Source: Vulcanimicrobiota bacterium (lineage in GTDB: Bacteria; Vulcanimicrobiota; Xenobia; Xenobiales; JADMJV01). Taken from it: DNA of 64,000 nt. The position numbers and the translations under genes were made by a program. Numbering within the stretch: the first letter of the stretch is position 1; the number at the start of each line of letters is the position of its first letter. Positions 27,245-36,300 of the stretch are shown here, one piece after another. Location of the stretch: positions 69,495-133,494 of the forward strand of contig JAHBVR010000002.1 of assembly GCA_019637395.1 (NCBI GenBank). The letters are read 5' to 3'. The notes beneath the pieces were generated by a model. It had not been told where the DNA came from. It searched no databases and worked only from the letters and a program-made list of their open reading frames with translations.

Positions 27245-27856
27245 ACTCTGGCCGTTGTGCGCGGGGCCCAGGCCGAGAATGAGCCGGGCCGCCTTATCCA
27301 CCCACTGGTCCGGAGTAGGAAAAAAGCGCGCTCCTTCGCCCAGCGCCTGACGCAACATATCGGTCTGGAGCGTGCCCGGATCCAGTGCCACCGCCGCCAT
27401 CGTCTTGGGCAATTCCGAGGCCAGCGTCTTGACCAGGCCTTCCACCGCCCATTTTGAGGTGCAGTAAGGACCCATGCGCGGCGAGGTGGTGCGCCCGTAG
27501 CCGGAGCTGATGCCGATGAGCACACCCCGGGTCATGTGGGGCAGCACGGCTCGGAAAAGGTAGAACACCCCTTTCACGTTCACGTCGATGAGCCGCGAAA
27601 AATCTTCCGGTTCGACCTGGGCCAGAGGCGCGGGCGAAAGCACGGTGGCGGCATTGGCGAGGACCAGATCGGGCGCACCGTAGTGATGCACGACGCTCTC
27701 GACCCAGTCGCGGACCTGTCCGAAGTCGCTTGCGTCCACCCGGTTGGGTGGGGCGGAAGCCTGAGAAAAGCCCCAGACCTGGTGGCCTTGCTCGCTGAAG
27801 TAGTCGGTCAGGGCGGCGCCCAGGCCGCGCCGATTACCGCTGATCAGAATGCGCAT
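27233..27856 (-). CDS. Short-chain dehydrogenase/reductase (SDR) family protein
   Basis: N-terminal ILISGNRRGLG Rossmann motif and catalytic Y...K (GPYCTSKWAVEGL). Confidence 0.7.
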   Translation of the reverse strand: MRILISGNRRGLGAALTDYFSEQGHQVWGFSQASAPPNRVDASDFGQVRDWVESVVHHYGAPDLVLANAATVLSPAPLAQVEPEDFSRLIDVNVKGVFYLFRAVLPHMTRGVLIGISSGYGRTTSPRMGPYCTSKWAVEGLVKTLASELPKTMAAVALDPGTLQTDMLRQALGEGARFFPTPDQWVDKAARLILGLGPAHNGQSLSV

Positions 27857-28787
27857 AGAATTTCTCCAAGAATTGTTCCCATTGATTCGGATCCAGGACG
27901 GCGCCTGCCGATTGGGGGTGACCGCGCACGATCAGGCCCAATTGACCGAGGATTTTGATGGCGTTCAGCGCTCCCCTGCTGCGCGCCGAGATATGCACCT
28001 CGGCCACGTCGCTGCGCCGATTGGCCGCCAGCACCACATAGTCGGCCAGACGCGCTTTCCAGATCTGGGCGACCACGGACTGGATGGGGCAGTCGCTGGA
28101 AAATTGCACCAGGGCAATCCGGCCGCGTTTGATGGCCGGGACCTGTTTGGCCTGGCCCAGGCGTTTGCGTACCTTGCGCTGGCAGTCGCGTAGATAGACC
28201 ATGGAGGCATGGTCAGAACGTAACATTTGCGCGGGAGAGTCGTGATGAGTCAGGGCTGACAGGGCCTGCTCGCAGTCAGCACCGGCTCGATGAGCACTGT
28301 TGACCAGCGAGGTGAGCTGGCGTAAAGGATTGAGCCCCCAACGCCGTATTTGATTCTGCAATATTTCGCCGGCGGCGGAGTCGCCCAGGTCGCTGAGGAT
28401 TCCCAGGGCGGCAATCCAGGCGTGCGGGCCGTCGCTTTCGCCCCATAGCAGTTCATGGGTCAGCCAGGCGGTACAGCGGTCGGGACGATGCAGCAGGAGG
28501 GTATCCGGTGGCGGTTGCCGCGGCAGGGGGTGGTGGTCGATGACGACCGTCGGCAGTTGCCAGGGAAAGCGTTCCTCGGGGCAACTCAGGTCCAGCAGGT
28601 AGACCAATCGGGCCGGATTTTGCAGAACGGGTAGCCACTGGCGGGCGCTGACCACCTGGGTGGTCCCACCCAGGCGCAGCTTCCAGAGCGCCGCCGCGCA
28701 CAGCCCGTCGGCGTCAAAGTCATGCAGCGCCGTCGGTGGACCGGGGTAACGCCGAATCCACTCTTCCAGGAAGTCTTTCAGGGCCAC
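27834..28787 (-). CDS. DHH-family phosphoesterase (NrnA/RecJ-like DHH-DHHA1)
   Basis: VVIDHH motif and the C-terminal GHPQSAG (DHHA1 GGH-like motif). Overlaps the upstream gene by 10 bp and the downstream SDR by 23 bp. Confidence 0.6.
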   Translation of the reverse strand: MALKDFLEEWIRRYPGPPTALHDFDADGLCAAALWKLRLGGTTQVVSARQWLPVLQNPARLVYLLDLSCPEERFPWQLPTVVIDHHPLPRQPPPDTLLLHRPDRCTAWLTHELLWGESDGPHAWIAALGILSDLGDSAAGEILQNQIRRWGLNPLRQLTSLVNSAHRAGADCEQALSALTHHDSPAQMLRSDHASMVYLRDCQRKVRKRLGQAKQVPAIKRGRIALVQFSSDCPIQSVVAQIWKARLADYVVLAANRRSDVAEVHISARSRGALNAIKILGQLGLIVRGHPQSAGAVLDPNQWEQFLEKFYAHSDQR

Positions 28788-30022
28788 AATTTGGTGACGG
28801 TCATCGGCGTGAGGCCGGCGGGAGGACGAATTTTCCAGAGCGAGCCCCGTTCGGTGGTCAGGAAAAATAGGCTGCCATAGCGGTCAGTGGTCATCCCCGA
28901 AGGTAAGTCCTGGCGCAAATTCTCATCAAGCGTTCCCAACAGCGACCACTCGCCGGTGCTGTCCACAAAGCGGTAGAGCCGGGCCCGATCATGCACATAA
29001 ACGGCCCAGCCGTGGCTATCCATAGCCAGTCCAATGGGAGAACCCAGCCCCAGGCTGGCGGGCGGGCGGAAACGCCGGCGGTGCCAATTTCCCAGCGGGC
29101 CGGCGCTCTCCAGCTCGGTAGGCGAATAGTGGGCCGAGGCCTCGGGACTGACGAGTTTGCGCAGACATTGGTAGTCCACGTCAGCCACCCAGATCAAGCT
29201 CATGGCCGGGTCACAAACGATCCCGGCCGGTCGGCCCAGCGGAGGATTCTGAGGTTTGCTGACGCTGGTGCTGTTCCAGGCGCTGCCATCGCTGAACCAG
29301 AGGCCGCGATTGGTGAGGTCGGCCGCCACCAGGCGACCGGTGCCCTGATCGGTGGCCATACCGCTAAACAGGGCCAGGGCGCGCTGGGAATCTACCGCTG
29401 CTACGGGCGCCGCCAGCGCTGCCCCCCAGGTCCCGGGCGCGGGCAAGGTCTCTCGATAGGATACGGGGGACTCTTTGCTACCTCCGCGCCAGAAGAAATT
29501 CGTGCCGGGGCGCCCGGCCAGGGCGCCCCCGCGGCGAGCGTCGCTGACCGCGCCCAGGTTGGTGACGGTGGAGGTCTGGTCGTCCCAGCCCATTAAGTCC
29601 GTTCCGTTGACCCAGACCACTTTGTGGGAGTATTCATCGCTGATCACACCGCTGAAGGCGATGGCCGGGTCGGATGTCAGGCAAAAGGCCCTGGCCAGCG
29701 CCCCGCTGGGCGCCACCGCCTCCACTTGCAGAACGTAAAGCCCGTCCTCATAAGGAGTCAGGCTCAGGGTGGTATTGAAACCCGGATTAGGGTCTGTTTC
29801 CTGGCGCAAGCCGGTGGCGAGTTCCTCGAACGGAACGGTTTTGGCTTCTTCCAGGCGGCGGTGGGCCAGCATGGTGCATTTGGAGTAATCGATGGAGCGC
29901 CGGGCGTGACGCTGACCAGAAGCAAATAGAGACATTAAATAGAGGCAAACGAGCAAAAGCAGCAGCAGCGAAACTTGCACTTCCAACAAGGACAGACCCT
30001 GACGCCAGCCGCGATTCCCCAT
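28778..30022 (-). CDS. Prepilin-type (class III) N-terminal leader protein with a large beta-propeller/NHL-like periplasmic domain
   Basis: MGNRGWRQG|LSLLEVQVSLLLLLLV: short basic leader ending in Gly, Glu at +5, then a hydrophobic helix. Followed by about 380 aa of beta-rich repeats. Confidence 0.5.
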   Translation of the reverse strand: MGNRGWRQGLSLLEVQVSLLLLLLVCLYLMSLFASGQRHARRSIDYSKCTMLAHRRLEEAKTVPFEELATGLRQETDPNPGFNTTLSLTPYEDGLYVLQVEAVAPSGALARAFCLTSDPAIAFSGVISDEYSHKVVWVNGTDLMGWDDQTSTVTNLGAVSDARRGGALAGRPGTNFFWRGGSKESPVSYRETLPAPGTWGAALAAPVAAVDSQRALALFSGMATDQGTGRLVAADLTNRGLWFSDGSAWNSTSVSKPQNPPLGRPAGIVCDPAMSLIWVADVDYQCLRKLVSPEASAHYSPTELESAGPLGNWHRRRFRPPASLGLGSPIGLAMDSHGWAVYVHDRARLYRFVDSTGEWSLLGTLDENLRQDLPSGMTTDRYGSLFFLTTERGSLWKIRPPAGLTPMTVTKLWP

Positions 30023-30065
30023 TCTCTTAGGTTGCTTCCACATTCCGCAAAAACCTGCATAAAAG

Positions 30066-30095
30066 GAAGAGGCCCGAATAGCTCCGGGCCTCTTC
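30066..30095 (-). terminator. Rho-independent terminator downstream of the HU gene
   Basis: Perfect 11-bp stem GAAGAGGCCCG-N8-CGGGCCTCTTC, followed on the minus strand by CTTTTAT. Confidence 0.7.
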
Positions 30096-30120
30096 CTTTC
30101 AGGTTCATCCGAGAAAACGG

Positions 30121-30408
30121 TTATTTATCACAACTCTCTTTGAGCGTCTTGCCGGGCTTGAAAACGGGGTAGTTCTTGGCGGGAACCTTAATCGTTTTGC
30201 CGGTGGCCGGGTTGCGAGCTTCGCGCTCTTCGCGCTTGCGGGCGAAGAAAGATCCGAAGCCGGGGATCACGAGCTTGTCTCCCGCCTTCAGTTGATTTAC
30301 GATCAGGCCTTTTTCTGCGTCGAACAGCGCATCCACAACATCCGCGGCCTTGGCCTGGGACAGGTCGGTATGCTTGGCCAATTCTTTGATCAACTCGGTT
30401 TTGTTCAC
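30121..30408 (-). CDS. hup: HU/IHF-family nucleoid-associated DNA-binding protein
   Basis: GTG start (rc of 30406-30408) preceded by GGGAGA. MNKTELIKELAK...KLVIPGFGSFFARKREEREARNPATGKTIKVPAKNYPVFKPGK matches the HU fold. Confidence 0.8.
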   Translation of the reverse strand: MNKTELIKELAKHTDLSQAKAADVVDALFDAEKGLIVNQLKAGDKLVIPGFGSFFARKREEREARNPATGKTIKVPAKNYPVFKPGKTLKESCDK

Positions 30409-30547
30409 GGGGGGATTCTCCCTTTCAACGAAATACTTGGTGTTGCCCACGTAACACCGGTGCAGGCGCTCAGGTTAAAGCAACCTCCAGGCAACTCCTG
30501 CTCCCTGGTGGTTTGTTAACAAATGTAGCCAAATTGTTAACAGAAAG

Positions 30548-31348
30548 GTGCGACTGTTCTCCGTGCGAATAGCAAAGCCCGTGAATCAGGTCGTTTGCGC
30601 ACCTCCATGGGGCTTTTCCCGGCTGCCTTTGAAAAGCCCCCCGGGACACTGGCTGCATGTGCTCGAGGCCGGGCAATCCGAGGCCCCCACCCTCTTGCTG
30701 CTTCACGGGGCAGCCGGCAGTTGGCACAATTTTCGTCTTCAAATTGAATGGCTGCAGCATAGTTATCGTATCGTTTCGTTAGACTTGCGCGGTCACGGAT
30801 TGTCTCCCTGGCCCGGCACCAGTCACATCGAGGACTTTGTGCAAGACGTTCTGGGAGTGGTGGAAGCCCGCGTTCCCGGGCCTTTCGCCATCGTCGGCCA
30901 TTCCTTTGGCGGTTGCCTGGCCACCATGGTAGCCGACCGCCTTGGGTCGCGCGTGCGGGGCTTGACGCTGCTCAACACCGCCGGGGAAATCCCGCGCGGG
31001 CCGCTGTTCCGCTTCCTCAAATTGTTTGCCCGCTTCTCCCATTGGGTGGCCCAGATTGAGCCTTACTGGATTTCCTGTCACGGCCGGGTGGCCCACGACC
31101 TGCTCTGGGACACCTTGCCGGCCTGGAATACCTGGAATCTGTACCCTGGAATTCAGGTGCCCACACTGGTCTTGGCGGGACGGCGAGATTCGCTGATCCC
31201 CTGGCGGTCCAGCCTGCGCATGGCCGCCATGATCCCTGGAGCCATGTCCCACCTGATCGACGACGGCGCCCACGTCTGCATGTGGGAAAGCCCCGACCTG
31301 TTGCGCTCCCACATGGAAGCCTGGCTGGCCCGCCTGGACTGGAAATAA
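30548..31348 (+). CDS. Alpha/beta-fold hydrolase
   Basis: LLLLHGAAGSW, nucleophile elbow GHSFGG, and a C-terminal His motif. Confidence 0.7.
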   Translation: MRLFSVRIAKPVNQVVCAPPWGFSRLPLKSPPGHWLHVLEAGQSEAPTLLLLHGAAGSWHNFRLQIEWLQHSYRIVSLDLRGHGLSPWPGTSHIEDFVQDVLGVVEARVPGPFAIVGHSFGGCLATMVADRLGSRVRGLTLLNTAGEIPRGPLFRFLKLFARFSHWVAQIEPYWISCHGRVAHDLLWDTLPAWNTWNLYPGIQVPTLVLAGRRDSLIPWRSSLRMAAMIPGAMSHLIDDGAHVCMWESPDLLRSHMEAWLARLDWK

Positions 31349-31377
31349 AAACAAGGCGGAGAGAACCTCTCCGCCTT
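31341..31377 (-). terminator. Rho-independent terminator for the minus-strand gene ending at 31400
   Basis: Stem AAGGCGGAGAG-AACC-TCTCCGCCTT, followed on the minus strand by TTGTTTTTATTT. Confidence 0.65.
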
Positions 31378-31399
31378 GCGGTCGACACCGGTTTTCGTT

Positions 31400-31885
31400 T
31401 TAGATACCCGCGGAAATACGGGCCTGGTCGTGTTGGCGGGTCAGGTAGCTGACGATTTGTTCCTGCTGTGAAGGGGTGGCCCACAGTTCCAACTGGCCAC
31501 TGTAGCACTTGATGGGTTTGACTATGCCGAGAGAACTCTGGCTGGGTGGAGCTTCGGTTTGAACTTCCGAGGCCAGGGCCACGTGCTTGACCTGGCCCAT
31601 CACTTTCATCTGTCCGATGCCCTGGAGCAGAAACTCCAGTTCCAGGCACTCTTCTTCCTTGACCAGAGTGGTGGTGCGGAAAATCATTCCGGAGGTGGTG
31701 AGGCGGCCGCACAACAGGCGGAGAGGCTGATCGCTCCCGCTGCGATAGGCGATGACGGGCAGGATGCTGCGGAGACGCCCGCTGGTGGTCGGAGCCAGTG
31801 TCTTTTCGCTGGCCTTCTGAGGGGTTTTGCGACCGAAAAGCGCCTTCAGGTTCAGCGCGCGAAAAAAGGGAAGTTCTTTAGCCAT
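31400..31885 (-). CDS. Hypothetical protein, possibly PilZ-like
   Basis: 161-aa ORF from the internal Met (MAKELPFF...). Weak resemblance to PilZ beta-barrel proteins; unverified. Confidence 0.35.
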   Translation of the reverse strand: MAKELPFFRALNLKALFGRKTPQKASEKTLAPTTSGRLRSILPVIAYRSGSDQPLRLLCGRLTTSGMIFRTTTLVKEEECLELEFLLQGIGQMKVMGQVKHVALASEVQTEAPPSQSSLGIVKPIKCYSGQLELWATPSQQEQIVSYLTRQHDQARISAGI

Positions 31886-32053
31886 TGCTGTGTGCATCCT
31901 CCGAGACTCAGCATCCAGGGGCAATGTGATTTTACCCTCGTGCCTCGCTTTGTAATGTCAGTATTACAGTTCAACTGCGCCCCGGTCTGTGATCTGCTTC
32001 ACATTGCATGTTTTTTCAAGGGTTCCGCCCGGTCCACCCCAAAGGGCAGGGCC

Positions 32054-32884
32054 ATGGTCGCGACCCCCATCGTGAAGTGGGCCGGCGGCAAAGGACGCTT
32101 GCTTTCTCAATACGAGCCCTACCTGCCCCCCCGCTTCAAACGCTATTTCGAACCCTTCGCCGGCGGGGCGGCGGTGTTTTTCTGGCTGCGCAATCAGCGC
32201 GGCCTCAAGTTTTCGGCCACCCTGAACGACTCCAATGAGGAACTGATCAATTGCTATCAGGTCGTGCAGTCCCAGCCGGAGCCGTTGCTGGCGCGGCTAC
32301 GCCAGATGGCCGACCGGCATAGCCATGCTTACTACTACCAGATTCGCGCCGAACGACCCGAATTGCCTCTGGAGCGCGCCGCCCGTCTCATTTATCTGAA
32401 CAAGACCTGTTACAACGGACTCTATCGGGTCAACGCCTCGGGCGGATTTAATGTGCCCATGGGCCGCTACAAGGATCCTTCCATCGTCCAGGAGGACAAG
32501 ATTGTGGCTGCTCACCAGGCGCTTCAGGGAGTGCAGTTGTGGAACAAGGGGTTTGACGACGCCGCGCTGGCCGCTCGCAAAGGCGATTTTGTCTACTTCG
32601 ATCCGCCTTATCAGCCGCTCAACGCCACTTCCAACTTCACCAGCTACACCAAGGACCAGTTTGGCATGGAACAACAGTGCCATCTGGCCGCGGTCTTCAA
32701 ACAATTGGTCAAACGCGGCTGCCACGTGCTGCTGTCAAATTCGGACAGTGAGTTGGTGCGCGATCTGTACCGTGATTATCAGCAGGTGGAAATTCGGGCG
32801 CCCCGCTTCATCAATTCCAAAGCGGCCGGCCGCAGCTCGATCGCCGAGTTGCTCATCCTCGCAAATCCCGCAGAGAGTGGATGA
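32054..32884 (+). CDS. dam: DNA adenine methyltransferase (Dam family, GATC-specific N6-adenine MTase)
   Basis: Collinear with E. coli Dam: IVKWAGGKGRLL, EPFAGGAAVF, LNKTCYNGLYRVN...GGFNVPMGRYK, catalytic DPPY, SNSD. Confidence 0.85.
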   Translation: MVATPIVKWAGGKGRLLSQYEPYLPPRFKRYFEPFAGGAAVFFWLRNQRGLKFSATLNDSNEELINCYQVVQSQPEPLLARLRQMADRHSHAYYYQIRAERPELPLERAARLIYLNKTCYNGLYRVNASGGFNVPMGRYKDPSIVQEDKIVAAHQALQGVQLWNKGFDDAALAARKGDFVYFDPPYQPLNATSNFTSYTKDQFGMEQQCHLAAVFKQLVKRGCHVLLSNSDSELVRDLYRDYQQVEIRAPRFINSKAAGRSSIAELLILANPAESG

Positions 32885-33269
32885 GCTTCTCGGGAAGGGC
32901 TACCTTGGCGAAGGTGTGGCGCGCGACCGCCACCAACACGTAGCTGGCGGTCGCGATGAGGTCCGGACCTTGTTCCGGGCGGGTGACTTCGAACGACAGT
33001 TTAAGGCTGGTCTGACCGATGTGAGAAACCCAGCACGACACTTGCAGCAGGTCATCGAGTCGAGCGGCCACCAGAAAGTCACATTCGATGTGCCGGCGCG
33101 GTAACCAGACATCGAGCTCTTCGAACATCCGGCCGTAAGCGAATCCGATATGACGAAACATTTCGCTCTCGGCGAACTCGAAAAAGCGAATGTACGAACC
33201 GTAGAAAATAATTTCGGCAGCGTCGACGTCGCTCCAGCGAACCCGTTCTTGGATGGAAAATTTGCCCAT
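32853..33269 (-). CDS. Acyl-CoA thioesterase (4HBT/YbgC-like hotdog fold)
   Basis: RVRWSDVDAAEIIFYGSYIRFFE... matches the 4-hydroxybenzoyl-CoA thioesterase family. Convergent 32-bp overlap with dam. Confidence 0.7.
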   Translation of the reverse strand: MGKFSIQERVRWSDVDAAEIIFYGSYIRFFEFAESEMFRHIGFAYGRMFEELDVWLPRRHIECDFLVAARLDDLLQVSCWVSHIGQTSLKLSFEVTRPEQGPDLIATASYVLVAVARHTFAKVALPEKLIHSLRDLRG

Positions 33270-33352
33270 GCAATTCCCTTAGCAAGTGGGTTTGGGGCCA
33301 CCTGCCGCTCAGTCTAGAAGGCACCTAAACTTTCATCGAGAAGCCTCCGGCC

Positions 33353-36300
33353 ATGATTTTATGGGAGACCTACTTCGAATCGGCTCAGCAAGCGCTGGCT
33401 GAGGGCGACGACGCCAAGGCGGCCGAGCTTTTTGCTTCCGCTTTCGAGGAGGTCGAGTCCGAAAGTGTGCGCGATGATCGCTGGTTGCGTACGTTGTTGG
33501 GCTGGTCCAAAAGTCTGACCCGCCAGGGCAATTACGACCAGGCCACGGAAGTGCTCCAGGTTGACCCGGCGGAGCTGGCCGCCTGTCCAGCGGACTTACA
33601 ATTGGATTTGCAGGCCACCCTGGCCCAACTACAGCAGGCCAAGGGGGACAGCGCCGCCGAGCTGAACAGTTGGGCCAATTGGTACGGGGCTCTGAACGGA
33701 GCCAGTGAAGCCCGCTTGCCTCACCTGCGCCGGGCCGTGCAGTTGGCTCAAGAATTGCAGGCGGACTGGATGAGCGGGGCGCGGGAGCTGCTCTACAGTT
33801 GGTCGGTGGAGTTGTTGGGACCCGATCACCCGGAGACCTTGGCCGCGGCTCAGCACCAGCTCGATAGTTACCTGGCCGAAAAGGATTGGGCTCGCGCTGA
33901 GCCGCTGCTGCGTGCTCAACTGGCGCTGAACGAGAAAGATCGGTCCGCCTGGCTCAAGACGCAAGGTTTATTAGCTCTGGCCCTGCGCTCTCAGGGCAAA
34001 GCCGAAGCGGCCTGGCTCGCTTATCGAGAAATTTTGCGCGCTCAGCCGCTGGAACACGAAGAGCATTTGGAGGTGCTTCGTTGGGCCTATGAAGAGGCTC
34101 AGGGCGAGCAGGCTCAGGAAGTCGCGCTGGACTATCTGATTCGACTCACCCAGCCGCTGCCGGGCCATCTCGACCTCTACGACTATGTTATGGTGCTGGC
34201 CGAACCGGCGGATCAACTGCGCTTGCAGCAGGCTCGACTGGGCTGGGCCGAGGCCCTTCAGACCAGCCTGGAGATCCAGTTGGACTGGACCCACGAATTG
34301 GCGCTGGCTCTCGAGGCGCAGGGGCAGCCCGATCAGGCCAATTTTTTCTGGGATCGAATTTTGCTGGAGGGCCTTCCCAAGAAGGCGTTGGCCGACGCTC
34401 ACCTGCGCGCCGCGCGCAAGGCCGCCGCTCAGGGGCAGCCGGCCGGAGACCACTACCGGGCAGGCCTGATGGGGCGTCTGGAGCAGTCCCAGTGGGAAGA
34501 GTGCTGGCTGGAGGACGCCCTGCATTGGGCCCGGCTCGAGTTTGAGCAGAACAATCAGGTCACCGCCCTGGCGATTCTTACGCCGCTCCTCGGGCAGCTC
34601 GAAAAACGCTCCTTGGAAGGCACGGCTCCCTACTGTGAGGCTCTCTTTATGCGGGCTCGACTGGCCTACGCGCAAGAGCAGCCCACGGGCCAGGCGGACC
34701 TGGAGCAAGCTTTCGAACTCTGGCAGGCGGTCGAACAGCCGGCGGACCTGGGAGTCAAGATTTCCACCTTCGCTGTCGAACAGAGCATCGCGGCTCGTCA
34801 GCAGACGGACTACCAGCGCTGGGCTGCGCGTCTGGAAAAGCTGGGTGTGGAACCTCCGCCCTTCGAACGCGGCTTCGATGAGGAGGCGATGCAGGCTCTG
34901 CATCACTCGGGAGAGTGGGTCCGGCTGGAACAAGAACTGCGCGAAGTTCTGCCCAAGCTGGGAGCGGAAAGCCCGGAGGAGCATTTTGTCGCCTACCTGT
35001 GGCTGGCCGAGAGCTTGGAGCAGCAGGGACGCTGGGAGGAGGCCTTGGAATTCCGCCAGCAATCTCAGCCCACTTTGGTGGAGCGGCTGGGTGCTGCCCA
35101 CGCGCTGGTTTTACGCGGTCAAATGCAGTTGGGTCAGTGCCTCAATGCCTTGAGCCGCTTCGCTGAAGGCGAACGGGTCCTGGCCCAGTCGGTGCGCGCC
35201 CATGAGAAGGCCCTGGGGGCTGACAGCCTGGCCGTGGGCCGGGTATTGCTCGCTTTGGCCGAGAGTTTCCGGCTGCAAGGCAAGGATAACCTGATGGAGG
35301 CGGTTTCCGGCCGGGCTGTCGGCTTGCTGGAAAAACACTTGCCGGTGGGACACCCGGACCGTTTGCAGGCCAAGCGGGACCTGGTGCAGTGGATGATGGA
35401 TCAGGGCCGCTTTGGCGAAGCCCGCCAACAACTCCAGTTTATGGAGCAAGAAGAAGTTCAGGCTTTTGGCGCGGATCACCCCGAATTAGCGGTGACTCTC
35501 TCGCAATGGGCCAGCCTGGAAACGGCCGAGGGCGACTACGCGGCAGCCGAGGTCCACTACCGGCGCTCGTTGGACCTGTTCGAACGCGGTCTCGGGGATG
35601 CCCACCCGAACGTGGCCGCCACTCTCAACAACCTGGGACAGAACCTTTACCGACAGGCTCACTATGCTAAAGCGGCCAGCGTGCTGGAGCGGGCTTTGCA
35701 GATTTTTGACGCCCACGATGCCGGGCGCGTCTCGACCATGGTCAACCTGGGACTGGTCTGGCAGGCTCAACAAGAACATGCTAAAGCCCAACAATGGTTG
35801 GAAGAAGCCTTGCGGCTGAGCCAGGAGTGGTTGGGCGAAGACGACCTGGAGGCCGCCTTCTGCTGCTTTACGCTGGCGGAAGTGCTGGCTCATCAGGGAC
35901 AAATGGCGGAAGCCCGCCAGTTTGCGCAGAGGGCTCTGGACATTCGCGAAAGACGCCTGGGAGCGTTGCATCCGGAAACCTCCACCAGCCAGGCTCAGGT
36001 GAGTAATCTGCTGATGCGTGACGGCCGGGAGGCCGACGCCATCCCCCTGGTGGAAGGCTCCCTGAAAATTCAGGCTCAGGCCCTCGGGGAAGACCATCCC
36101 GAATTGATCCCTACCTATTCAACCTTGGGCCGACTCTACATGGCCGATCAGCAGTGGGATAAGGCGGAGGAGACCCTGCTCAAGGCCATTGGTCTGATCC
36201 ATCGATCGACCGCCCAGGTCAGCGCCGAACTGGCTCAGAGAGTGGCCGAGTTGGGCGAACTTCGGGCTTCTCAAGGAGATTTGGAGCAGGCCATCGGGTT

